Shown here one piece after another: positions 51,026 through 60,171 of a DNA stretch of 64,000 nucleotides; position 1 is the stretch's first letter, and each line of letters starts with the position of its first letter. The stretch lies in assembly GCA_964634875.1 (NCBI GenBank), contig CAZWKA010000004.1, positions 15,640 to 79,639 of the forward strand, read 5' to 3'. This DNA comes from an uncultured Gammaproteobacteria bacterium (GTDB lineage: Bacteria > Patescibacteriota > Patescibacteriia > Magasanikbacterales > GWA2-37-8). A model generated the notes under the pieces. The model saw only the letters and a list, made by a program, of their open reading frames with translations. It had not been told where the DNA came from and made no database searches. A program made the translations under genes and the position numbers.

Positions 51026-51068
51026 AAGCTTTTTATTTATTTTGTTACAAAAAATAAATAAAAAGCTT
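51026..51068. terminator. AT-rich perfect inverted repeat aagctttttatttatttt-gttac-aaaataaataaaaagctt downstream of nrdG. Probable bidirectional terminator.
   Basis: 18-bp perfect arms. Confidence 0.4.
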
Positions 51069-51168
51069 GAACCGCAATGTGAACACTCTTGACAAAAAAC
51101 TTTACTTTACTTCGATTTTGCTTATACGATACCTTAAAGGTCGCTTTTTACTCTTAACTAATACGCTT

Positions 51169-52836
51169 ATGAAAAAACATGTTGAGCTGACAATCTTTCT
51201 TGTCACGCTCTTGTTCGGTGCGCTGAGCCTCAATACTGCTGAGGCAGCTAACCGCCCCACACTGGTAGCCACTTCTTTGAGCGGAGATTGGGTAGAGACC
51301 CGAGTTATCGGCGAACCCAATAGCCCTGTAGAATTATCATTCTACAAGCCGGGAAATACTATTTCCACAACGATATCGAACTTAGGGTCAACCGATACCA
51401 GTGGCAATCTAACCCTGAATGTCAGCAGTGGTTTATACGGGATACCCCAGGGTGCTACAGCATCAGTAACCGTACAAGGAATGCAGTCTTCATCTATCCT
51501 ATGGCCCGATTATTCCGTCAGTGGACTTACCATAACTCCCACCAGCGTACACCTGCTGCCAGGCCAAAATTTTACAGTAAACGCATCGGGGCCAGTGTAT
51601 GTTGCGAGTAATACAAACACTGCCGTGACTACCGCTTCCACCACTAACAACCAAATAACGATACATGGTTTAAGTGCCGGATCAGCCCAACTAATAATCT
51701 GCCAAAGCACAACAGGCTGCCTCACTCTACCCGTCACTGTAGGACAATCCGGGACAAGCACCAGCACTACGACTTCTACAGTTACCCTAGGACAAAATAA
51801 CCTTACCCTCTACAACGGCCAAAATACCAGTATTTCCATTTTGGGTGGCGGTGACAACTACGTATTCTCAAACCCTTCAACGAGCAATGCTTCGTTGTTC
51901 AATGCCATTATTAACGGGAGCGTCTTAAACCTGCAGGGAAGGGCAGACACTGGGACGGGAACTGTAACAGTTTGCGCCGCTAACGATGCCAATAACTGCA
52001 GCACTCTCACAATTACCACTGCCTCCCCAGCTTCGGTACCGCTTGTACTTAGTGGCAATAATCTTGTCCTTGCGTCAGGACAGAACCAAACTATCACTAT
52101 CTCCGGAGGTGCAGGAAGTTATTACGTTTCGAGCAACTCGAACATTGGCGCCGTCGGGACAACCATTAACGGCGGAACCCTTTCACTCCAGGGAAACGGG
52201 ACAAGCCCCGCGAACATTGTGATCTGCGCCCAAAACGCGCCAGCCAATTGTATCACGCTCTACGTTAACCCCGCCGGAAATATTCCATCGTCAGGTACAA
52301 CCGATCCCGGACTCGTACTGAGCATTCCATTACACATCGGACAGACCTTCCCCTTTTCAGTCTGGGGCATGGGCACTGAAAATTTCACGGTAACATCAAA
52401 CTCAGATTCCGGCGTTGCAACTGCGAGCGCTACAGGCAATATCCTGACCATCACCGGACGAAGTGCTGGCCAGGCAGACATTAAATTCTGTCGAAGCTCT
52501 AATGGCACTTGCGGAATAATTTCGATTACCGTTGGCACAGCTCCTTCCAGCGCCTACACCTTTCCATTTGTTCCAGCTGTAACAGTACAGAAAGCCAGTA
52601 ATCGCACCATGCTCACATGGAACAAGGATACGGCCGTTACTCACTACGATGGTTACATCATATATCGTTCTGAGAAACAAAATATGCGTGGTAGCGAGAT
52701 TGCGCGTATCGATAAAAACCAAACTACTTACTTCGATATGAATATCGAAAGCGCCCATCGCTACTATTATACGCCTGTGTACTATCGGGGTGGATTAATT
52801 TCGAATGCTGACACACAAGTATCAATCCAACTATAA
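51169..52836 (+). CDS. Secreted surface protein with four Big_2-like Ig repeats (each with a conserved Cys pair) and a C-terminal FN3-like domain.
   Basis: Signal peptide MKKHVELTIFLVTLLFGALSLNTAEA. Repeats of the pattern G.A.(I/V).(I/V)C........C..L.(I/V)... occur four times. The C-terminal TWNKDTAVTHYDGYIIYRSE is FN3-like. Confidence 0.5.
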   Translation: MKKHVELTIFLVTLLFGALSLNTAEAANRPTLVATSLSGDWVETRVIGEPNSPVELSFYKPGNTISTTISNLGSTDTSGNLTLNVSSGLYGIPQGATASVTVQGMQSSSILWPDYSVSGLTITPTSVHLLPGQNFTVNASGPVYVASNTNTAVTTASTTNNQITIHGLSAGSAQLIICQSTTGCLTLPVTVGQSGTSTSTTTSTVTLGQNNLTLYNGQNTSISILGGGDNYVFSNPSTSNASLFNAIINGSVLNLQGRADTGTGTVTVCAANDANNCSTLTITTASPASVPLVLSGNNLVLASGQNQTITISGGAGSYYVSSNSNIGAVGTTINGGTLSLQGNGTSPANIVICAQNAPANCITLYVNPAGNIPSSGTTDPGLVLSIPLHIGQTFPFSVWGMGTENFTVTSNSDSGVATASATGNILTITGRSAGQADIKFCRSSNGTCGIISITVGTAPSSAYTFPFVPAVTVQKASNRTMLTWNKDTAVTHYDGYIIYRSEKQNMRGSEIARIDKNQTTYFDMNIESAHRYYYTPVYYRGGLISNADTQVSIQL

Positions 52837-52850
52837 AACCTCTACCGCTC

Positions 52851-52878
52851 AAAAAACCTCCTTCCTTGGAGGTTTTTT
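52851..52878 (+). terminator. Rho-independent terminator aaaaaacctccttccttggaggtttttt.
   Basis: 7-bp stem aacctcc/ggaggtt followed by T6. Confidence 0.55.
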
Positions 52879-53120
52879 GTTAGGCCGGAAAAAGCACAAG
52901 CTACATCAAAGAATAGTTGTAAAAATTCTTCATTTAGAACATTCTTAAGTAAATTGACAAAAAATTACTCCTTGGTATACTAAAAATAATGGTGGCCTCA
53001 CCGCTAACAGATTATTCAGTAATATTGTCACTATGGTGCTCAATACTTTTGACGGAGAAGAAACAAACCCTACAACTGAACCAGCTACAGAAGAAACAAC
53101 ACAAGCCTAACTTCCAACGT

Positions 53121-53160
53121 ACCAAAAACACCTTCCTGTAACCAGGAAGGTGTTTTTAGT
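53121..53160 (-). terminator. Bidirectional terminator aaaaacaccttcc-tgtaacca-ggaaggtgttttt downstream of the minus-strand hydrolase gene.
   Basis: 9-bp stem flanked by A5 and T5. Confidence 0.5.
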
Positions 53161-53172
53161 ATATCTAACTAT

Positions 53173-54186
53173 TTATAAATTCTTTTTAAAAAATTCAACG
53201 GTTCTTTTCCAAGCTACGCCAAAATTACCGCTGATGTTATGATTATCGCCGCGATATTCATGATACACCACGCTTTTACCTTCCTTAATTAGCTCTTCCT
53301 TTAAGCGACGCGAAAGCTCGACCGGCACACTTGCATCACCCGTCGCATGCTGAAGCTCAATTCGAGCAGTTATATCTTTAAGGTATGTATAAGGATCAAT
53401 TGTATTCCAAAATTCCAGGTTTGTACTTGGAAGCCCATTATTCACAACAAGGGGGTGAGTCGTATTTTTTAAGAATGGGATCTTAGCATTATATGTTTCC
53501 AACATGTCAGGAAAACTCCCTACTACCCCGGCCCAGAGTGAAGCCGCTTTGATATCTTTTGAGATAACCAGCGCCCGAAGACCTGTTTCTCCACCATTAG
53601 AATGACCCCAATACCCTATCCTGGTCGGATCAACTGCCGAATGCTTTTTTAAATAAGCAACCGCCTCTAGAGTATCAATAACATATTTTTCAGAAAAATG
53701 CGCTGACACGGGTTCGCCCTCGGACGCACCATGCCCCCGCAAGTCGGGCTTAAAGGTAACAAAACCGTTTCGAGCTAGGACTGCCTGGTAGTTGGCATAA
53801 TTTTTGGTGGTAGAATATTGGGCGGGCGGGATATAGCCATGAACAAAAATAATTGCCGGAAAACCATTGGCTGGTTTTGGGGCAGTGGGGATCGTCAAAA
53901 GACCATAAATTTTGAAACCATCAGCACGGTACGAAGCGATAAATTGCTGATAATCTGATCCTTCGGATACTGTTTTTTCAATCACGAAATCTCCACCCGC
54001 ATATTCACGTTGGCGCAGCGCGGCAATTGCCATAGGAGTAACTTCGGAGGGCTTTTGTTCAACAAACGGGGTGATCGCTGTGGCTGGGCTACCAGCGATG
54101 TTACCCGACATGTATCGGCTAAAAAATACCAAACCGACCCCAATAAAAATAAATACTATGAGCACTATTTTTTTCTGATGTTTCAT
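53173..54186 (-). CDS. Alpha/beta hydrolase, S9 peptidase or dienelactone hydrolase-like.
   Basis: N-terminal signal anchor. Nucleophile elbow GWGHSNGG (GxSxG) and a C-terminal ...HEYRGDNHN His. Confidence 0.65.
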   Translation of the reverse strand: MKHQKKIVLIVFIFIGVGLVFFSRYMSGNIAGSPATAITPFVEQKPSEVTPMAIAALRQREYAGGDFVIEKTVSEGSDYQQFIASYRADGFKIYGLLTIPTAPKPANGFPAIIFVHGYIPPAQYSTTKNYANYQAVLARNGFVTFKPDLRGHGASEGEPVSAHFSEKYVIDTLEAVAYLKKHSAVDPTRIGYWGHSNGGETGLRALVISKDIKAASLWAGVVGSFPDMLETYNAKIPFLKNTTHPLVVNNGLPSTNLEFWNTIDPYTYLKDITARIELQHATGDASVPVELSRRLKEELIKEGKSVVYHEYRGDNHNISGNFGVAWKRTVEFFKKNL

Positions 54187-54282
54187 ATCATTTTTATATA
54201 TTTCAAGTGTAGCATTAAACCTCTCTTCTGAAAATAAAGTTGACTAATTCCCTGGATCTGGTCTACTAAAGACTAGGAGGAT

Positions 54283-54801
54283 TTGATGAAAAAAATTGCC
54301 TACCCCGCGTTCGCTTGCGTTGCCGCAATTTGTATCAGTGCGCTCAGCGGCTACCAAATCTGTCGGCTCAGAGCCGGAACCGAAATCCAAACACACTGCA
54401 GCCAAAAACATGGACAGCCGTGCTACAGCGAAATAACGGGCGAAGTGTCAGTTGGCAGCCACTGCCGTTACCTGGATGAATCATTCCGGGAAACGGATCG
54501 CTTCACTGCTGCGACAACCTATGGCGAACTGCTCATTGGCCGAACGTTCATTGGCACCGCCAACGCTGTTGCGGTAGTCTGCACAAGAAATAACCAGCTC
54601 TTTTGGCCAGAAGCTCGCGGCCTACCTCGCCAGTCTTGGCAGGCAAATGCAAGTAACCGTCATTGGCAAAAACGTGGCGAGGAATATTTATTATCCTCTA
54701 GCAAAAAACGCTTTGAACAGGAGCGTTCGTGCCACTCTTTTTCCACAACTTCCCCACCCTCTCACAAACAGTCACCAAACGAGTCACTCGGCACCATCTA
54801 A
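54283..54801 (+). CDS. Hypothetical secreted Cys-rich protein with slightly elevated GC.
   Basis: Signal peptide MMKKIAYPAFACVAAICISALSG. No recognisable domain. Confidence 0.3.
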   Translation: MMKKIAYPAFACVAAICISALSGYQICRLRAGTEIQTHCSQKHGQPCYSEITGEVSVGSHCRYLDESFRETDRFTAATTYGELLIGRTFIGTANAVAVVCTRNNQLFWPEARGLPRQSWQANASNRHWQKRGEEYLLSSSKKRFEQERSCHSFSTTSPPSHKQSPNESLGTI

Positions 54802-54993
54802 AGTCTCTGACGTTCCTGTTAGAGACTTCTTCTTTGCTAAAAATTGATGCATCAAAAACTACAGGAGGCATATGAATTACTTTACTTACTAAAATAACCC
54901 CGGCAAATACCGAGGTTATTTTTTGAGCGCCCTCTCAAAACTACCATCTGAAGTATCCTGCATTTCCTACAAATAAGAAAGGCGGGAAAGGCT

Positions 54994-55521
54994 TCAGGTG
55001 GAAGCCAGAGGGGTTGTAGAATGCGAGGGCTGCGCCGGAGGTCGTGGAGGAGGGATAGTAGCCGAGCTGCGCAGATACCGCTCCGACCAACAATCATCAC
55101 TTCCTTGGGCACGATAGCGGACAATTAAATTAAATCCGCTTGGGGTCAAAGTGCCACTAAGCACAGCCTCGAGCTTAATTGGCCAAGGCGGCAAGATAAG
55201 TTTCGTCTGCAGTGGACCATGGTACCATATCGTACCATTAACCGGTTTGTACTGAAGCGGCAAACGAAGCCTGTACCTGTGTAAACCGGTCTGTCTGCCT
55301 TCAGCGACTAATTGCTTATCAGAAAAAAAGATCTCTACTTCACCTAAAACAGGTGTCCGAAGCTTGTAAGCCGAATCGGTGCAGGCATTACTGGCACCGT
55401 AGGCCTGGTAACGAAACTTGAACTTGCCAAAAGGCTGTTCCTCGGGCGAAGCGGCCGAAAGCGGCTGGCCAACGAGAAGGCCGACAGCTAGAGCAATTGC
55501 AAATATTTTCTGCGCCATCAT
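54994..55521 (-). CDS. Hypothetical secreted protein with slightly elevated GC and a Pro-rich C-terminus.
   Basis: Signal peptide MMAQKIFAIALAVGLLVGQPLSAA. Convergent with the gene at 54283-54801. Confidence 0.3.
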   Translation of the reverse strand: MMAQKIFAIALAVGLLVGQPLSAASPEEQPFGKFKFRYQAYGASNACTDSAYKLRTPVLGEVEIFFSDKQLVAEGRQTGLHRYRLRLPLQYKPVNGTIWYHGPLQTKLILPPWPIKLEAVLSGTLTPSGFNLIVRYRAQGSDDCWSERYLRSSATIPPPRPPAQPSHSTTPLAST

Positions 55522-55822
55522 CTGCCTCCTTATCTGGCATTAGTAGACACTATTTTTAACTTTTTGTCAAGGTAAAACCAGATTAAAAAGCACGCCCCAA
55601 GTAAAAGTGGCGTGCCAATGGTAAGCAAATCAGTCCTTAGCGGAAAAAGATAAAATAAATAATCAGTGCCAAGAAAAAACCTCCACCTAGAAACCAGGCA
55701 ATAAAATACGACTTAATGAAATCAAACATACTTTTCTTATTATGAATAAACCTTACAGGTACACTACGCCACCCCAAAATAAAAAGCAACCTGGCATCAT
55801 TTAGAATAGTTAAAGATAAAAA

Positions 55823-56926
55823 TTGACAAAAAGCTTAAACCACTTCATAGTTATGAAGGCTATGACAAAAAAAATTTCTCCATCAAAAAATAAAAAAACA
55901 CCTTCGTTACAAAACGGACTGCGCTATGTGCATCCTGAAAAATTAACTATTACCCGGGTCAAAGTCGGTAAAAATTTTACTTATTACGAAACTGACGGGA
56001 ACCAAATAACCGATGCAGACGTACTTAAGCGCATTGAAGACCTCCACATTCCTCCTGCCTACCACGAAGTCCGTATTTGTCCGTTTAGCAACGGCCACCT
56101 GCAAGCTACCGGTAAAGATGAGCGGCAACGAACGCAATATCTGTACCACCCGGAATGGCGCACACTGCGTGATACCAATAAATTCCATCGCCTGCTTAAA
56201 TTTGGCCAGGTGCTTCCGAGCGTTCGCCGCACTGTCCGGGAACAACTAAAGCTGCGAGGCAGCCCCCGTAAAAAAATTTTGGCGACAGTAGTTTCGATCT
56301 TGGACAAAACTTACATTCGTATCGGCAACGAAGCCTATGCTAAGGCCAATAAGTCCTATGGACTCACCACTCTTCACAACCACCATGCCCGTGTTACTGG
56401 TGACGACATAGAATTTAGTTTTCGTGGCAAACGTGGTATTGCGCACACCATCAAACTTCACGACCACCGACTTGCCAAAATTATCCATAATTGCCAAGAG
56501 CTACCCGGCTATGAACTTTTTGAATACAAAGATAGTCGGCACAACATTCATTCAATTGAATCAACCGACGTTAATGATTACCTCAAAAGCATTTGCCGAG
56601 ACGACTTTACTGCCAAAGATTTCCGCACCTGGCACGCCACAGTTTTGGCCTTAAAATACTTACTCGATCTTTCTCCTGGACAAACAACAACGGAAATCAA
56701 AAAAAATATTATCGAAACAATCAAACAAGTTGCCGCGCAACTTGGCAACACGCCGACAATTTGTAAAAAATCATACATTCACCCCGGTGTCTTAACCAGT
56801 TATAGCAACAATCGTTTGGCGGCGCTCTCCAAAGCAATAAACCACAGTAAATTTGCGCGCCTGAGTCTTACGGCCGAAGAAAAAATGACATTGATATTTT
56901 TGGAACAACACGATAAAAACATCTAA
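55823..56926 (+). CDS. Type IB DNA topoisomerase (poxvirus/eukaryotic-type TopIB, bacterial form).
   Basis: Blocks ILDKTYIRIGNEAYAKANKSYGLTTL, RGKRGI..T, TWHATV and the C-terminal active-site Tyr context CKKSYIHP resemble the bacterial TopIB pentad (R, K, R, H, Y) as I remember it. Confidence 0.65.
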   Translation: MTKSLNHFIVMKAMTKKISPSKNKKTPSLQNGLRYVHPEKLTITRVKVGKNFTYYETDGNQITDADVLKRIEDLHIPPAYHEVRICPFSNGHLQATGKDERQRTQYLYHPEWRTLRDTNKFHRLLKFGQVLPSVRRTVREQLKLRGSPRKKILATVVSILDKTYIRIGNEAYAKANKSYGLTTLHNHHARVTGDDIEFSFRGKRGIAHTIKLHDHRLAKIIHNCQELPGYELFEYKDSRHNIHSIESTDVNDYLKSICRDDFTAKDFRTWHATVLALKYLLDLSPGQTTTEIKKNIIETIKQVAAQLGNTPTICKKSYIHPGVLTSYSNNRLAALSKAINHSKFARLSLTAEEKMTLIFLEQHDKNI

Positions 56927-57053
56927 ACAATTCACAACGTATCATGTGCGCATGGTATAAAAAAATAAACTTATCCACCGCACGTCTTTACATTAAAAAA
57001 ATATAAGCTTACCGTACCTATAGGGAAGCATTTTTATTATTAATGCAAATTTT

Positions 57054-58736
57054 ATGAGCAACCGTTTTAAAAAAATAAGCAGCAGCTTACTCATCCTCAG
57101 TTTTTTGGTAACCGGCACTTTATTTTCACCACTACCACCGGTAAACGCCGCAGTTCCACCGACGATTACGAGCCCAACAAACAATCAGGTATTCTCAAAT
57201 TACCCACGACGTTTCGAGCTCAAATGGAATACCGTGGCTAATGTAAATAATTATACCGTCAGCATCGAATGTGATCTATGCAAGGACCCGCGCTACGACG
57301 GGTTCTGGCCTGAAGTCGCAAACTTTACCACCGGAAGCACAAGCTACACATATGATGCGCTACCTATCGACACCACCTACCGTGTCCGTGTACGAGCCAA
57401 CTACTCAAACGGTGAAAATGCCTGGTCAGAATACCAATATTTTCGTTTTGCCACACTCAACCTGCCTACCCCAACACTGCAAAATCCAACCGCTAATCAA
57501 GTGATAACCGCCCCTACCCCCGCCGTAACCTGGACAAGTGTACCCCAAGCAACACGTTATGCTTTGCAATGGGAATGCAAGACCTGTGGTGGCGGAGCAG
57601 ATTGGTCGGATAGCCATTTTATCGATACAAATACTGCTGTCACTAACTATCTTCTAACCTTGCCGCAAACTGCTAATGACTACCGTGTTCGCATACAGGC
57701 AATCGACATCCACTACAACCGCAGTGTTTGGTCTGATTACACCTACTTCCGTTATACTACCGGAACCCCCGGAACGACACTCCCAAACCCACCGACCATA
57801 ACGCGCCCGCAAAGCAATGACGTTATTACTGCCGCCTCGGTAAACATATCATGGAATGCCCTCGCCGGTGCTTCAACATACGATGTCGAACTTATTTGCG
57901 CTGATTGCTCAATCTCAGAAGCTAACAACGATCCTGATAAAATTATTTACCGCGCTTACGGTACCAACAGCACTTCACTCACCATCACGCTGCCTTCGCT
58001 CAATCGCCACTTCACCTTCCGGGTCAAAGGCAAAGCAACCGACGGAGCACAGAGCCCTTGGGCAACCGTTAACTTTGAGACCGCTTCAACCAGCAACCTG
58101 GCAACCACCATCACGTACCCAACCAACGGGCAAATCATCCAAAACAATGACCGAAGCGTGGACATAACTTGGCAAGCTGTCCCAGGTGCCACCGACTACC
58201 AGCTTGTTGTCGATTGCGCAAACTGCAGCAACTACGGGCCACTTCCCACATCTGGTTACTTCACCGGAATTCAGGGAACCTCAAAAACACTCCAACTCGC
58301 ATCGTTCAAAAACTACACTGTCATGGTTCGCCCTCGCTTTGGCACCAACGCTTACGGCGCAATCGGACCCTGGGCCACAGTAACATTTGAACTACGCGGC
58401 ACAATCCCCAACCCTCCACCAACAACCGGCCTCGCCATTACAGCGCCTTTTAACGGCCAACGTATTAGCCAGACCTCCCGTCAAATCAGTAGTAACTGGC
58501 AAGGCGTCCCTACCAATAGTCAGGCAATCGTCTTCCTAGAATGCAACTCCTGCAGCGCCTTTGGCAGCGGTTGGCAAATGGTAACCCCTTATATTGCTGA
58601 ATCTGGCACGACCACCACAACCTTCACCCTTCCCGAAGGTAACCGTCGCTACCGCCTCCGAATCTGGACTCCTGGCACTGACCAAAGCTATGGAAAATGG
58701 AGCGCTTACAACACCTTTACCTTCGTCCAACGATAA
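57054..58736 (+). CDS. Secreted protein of six tandem roughly 95-aa FN3-like repeats, each containing a CxxC pair.
   Basis: Signal peptide, then repeats with (E/D/I)CxxC....W......T...L.......Y.(V/F)R(V/I) ... W(S/A)....F. For example ECDLCKD, ECKTCGGG, ICADCSI, DCANCSN, ECNSCSA. Confidence 0.5.
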   Translation: MSNRFKKISSSLLILSFLVTGTLFSPLPPVNAAVPPTITSPTNNQVFSNYPRRFELKWNTVANVNNYTVSIECDLCKDPRYDGFWPEVANFTTGSTSYTYDALPIDTTYRVRVRANYSNGENAWSEYQYFRFATLNLPTPTLQNPTANQVITAPTPAVTWTSVPQATRYALQWECKTCGGGADWSDSHFIDTNTAVTNYLLTLPQTANDYRVRIQAIDIHYNRSVWSDYTYFRYTTGTPGTTLPNPPTITRPQSNDVITAASVNISWNALAGASTYDVELICADCSISEANNDPDKIIYRAYGTNSTSLTITLPSLNRHFTFRVKGKATDGAQSPWATVNFETASTSNLATTITYPTNGQIIQNNDRSVDITWQAVPGATDYQLVVDCANCSNYGPLPTSGYFTGIQGTSKTLQLASFKNYTVMVRPRFGTNAYGAIGPWATVTFELRGTIPNPPPTTGLAITAPFNGQRISQTSRQISSNWQGVPTNSQAIVFLECNSCSAFGSGWQMVTPYIAESGTTTTTFTLPEGNRRYRLRIWTPGTDQSYGKWSAYNTFTFVQR

Positions 58737-58857
58737 GATACGTGGTTCTAAAAATAAGAAAACACAGCTTTACCAAGCTGTGTTTTTGCCCCAGCCCTTG
58801 CTATTTAAACCAATCTAGAGTAGCCTTGCTGGATACCTTATTAATTAAGCTCGTTCC

Positions 58858-59487
58858 ATGAAAAATTTTAGAGACAACAACGCTGGCGGTTTCGATCGCC
58901 CGCGCAAGCCTTTTGGCAAAGGAAACTTTGGCAACCGCCCTTTTGGTGGAGGCAACCGCAGCTTTGGCTCACAAGGCGGTGAAAAACGCGAAATGTTTGA
59001 CGCTACCTGCAGCACTTGCGGCAAAGATTGCAAAATTCCCTTTCGCCCATCAGCTGGACGTGCAGTTTTCTGCAGCAACTGTTTTGACCGTGAAGGTGGC
59101 GGCAGTGCACCGCGCTTTGGCGGGAATAACTTCAGCAAGCCCAGTTTTGAAGATAAAAAAATGTTCCAAGCCACTTGTGGCAAATGTGGCACAACATGCG
59201 AAGTTCCATTCCGCCCACTCGCTGGCAAGCCAGTATTTTGTAACAATTGTTTTGATAAGGGCGGGGTTAACGCCAATAAAAGCATTGAGAACCTCAAAGA
59301 ACAACTCGACCAATTGAATGAAAAATTGGACCGCATCCTCATCGCGCTTTTACCTGCGGAAAGCAAGGCAGCTGTCCTCAAAAAAGAAGAAGCCATCGGT
59401 AAGAAAAAAACCAAAGAAAAAGAAATAGATGCTGAACCAAAAGCAGTAGCAAAAAAGCCAGCTGCAAAAACAAAAAAGAAAAAATAA
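58858..59487 (+). CDS. Tandem zinc-ribbon protein with an RGG/FG-rich N-terminus and a K-rich C-terminal tail. Probable nucleic-acid-binding protein.
   Basis: Two copies of C-x2-CG-x2-C-x2-PF-x-P-x3-(K/R)(A/P)VFC-x-NCFD. The N-terminus is FGKGNFGNRPFGGGNRSFG. The C-terminus has a coiled coil and KKPAAKTKKKK. The overlapping antisense ORF at 58845-59513 has junk composition. Confidence 0.5.
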   Translation: MKNFRDNNAGGFDRPRKPFGKGNFGNRPFGGGNRSFGSQGGEKREMFDATCSTCGKDCKIPFRPSAGRAVFCSNCFDREGGGSAPRFGGNNFSKPSFEDKKMFQATCGKCGTTCEVPFRPLAGKPVFCNNCFDKGGVNANKSIENLKEQLDQLNEKLDRILIALLPAESKAAVLKKEEAIGKKKTKEKEIDAEPKAVAKKPAAKTKKKK

Positions 59488-59501
59488 TACTCTGTCATTT
59501 T

Positions 59502-59536
59502 CAAAAATACCATCCTGCCTAAGGATGGTATTTTTT
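59502..59536. terminator. Bidirectional terminator aaaaataccatcct-gccta-aggatggtatttttt between convergent genes.
   Basis: 10-bp perfect stem flanked by an A-run and a T-run. Confidence 0.55.
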
Positions 59537-59548
59537 ATAAAAGCGCAA

Positions 59549-60046
59549 TTATTCAACCCGCACAATCCTATACTCAATCTCCTTATTTGCCAATCGAACA
59601 CATACCCTATCCCCTACTTCGTGCCCAATAAGCGCCTTACCAACCGGTGAGTTATGTGAAATAATCCCCTGCCCTGGTTTTGTCTCGGTAGAACCTAAAA
59701 TCTGATACGTTCTTTCTTTGTGGCCATCAGTAATTGTAACCGTACTTCCTACTTGGACTTGTCCGTTCATCTGATGCTCGATGACCACTACTTGTTTTAA
59801 CTGGATCTCAATTGACAACATGCGACTGTTAATACCCCGCAAACGCCCTTTAGCCAGCTGATATTCAGCATTTTCTGAAAAATCACCCAGCTCTGCCAAG
59901 CGTTTTACTTCAGCTGCTGCTTCGGGACGACTAACGTTTTTTAGTCGATCCAATTTTCTTTCTAACTCCAAAAATTTTTCCTGCGTGACTAGTGGGTCGG
60001 TTTTCATTTGGGCGAACTTGCCCGGCTTTCGATAGGGTATTTGCAT
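59549..60046 (-). CDS. greA: Transcription elongation factor GreA.
   Basis: N-terminal coiled coil with LGDFSENAEY, and a C-terminal FKBP-like domain ending ...YRIVRVE. Confidence 0.85.
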   Translation of the reverse strand: MQIPYRKPGKFAQMKTDPLVTQEKFLELERKLDRLKNVSRPEAAAEVKRLAELGDFSENAEYQLAKGRLRGINSRMLSIEIQLKQVVVIEHQMNGQVQVGSTVTITDGHKERTYQILGSTETKPGQGIISHNSPVGKALIGHEVGDRVCVRLANKEIEYRIVRVE

Positions 60047-60171
60047 AAGATACTATACTAACATAATCCCTTTAAAACAAAAATATCCTCTTCTGTGAGA
60101 ATATTTTTGTACACCCCGAATCTCTTGCCTGCGGCTAAAAAAGATTCGGTGAGAAGCGGCAGTGCTGCAGC

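Noticed and set aside
52990-53110. 40-aa plus-strand ORF in the gap between the two terminators at 52.8-53.2 kb.
   Set aside because: It is short, has no recognisable features and lies in a convergent terminator region, so it is probably non-coding.
58845-59513. 222-aa minus-strand ORF overlapping the zinc-ribbon gene.
   Set aside because: It has low-complexity F/L/P/S composition and is antisense to an ORF with clear Zn-ribbon repeats, so it is spurious.
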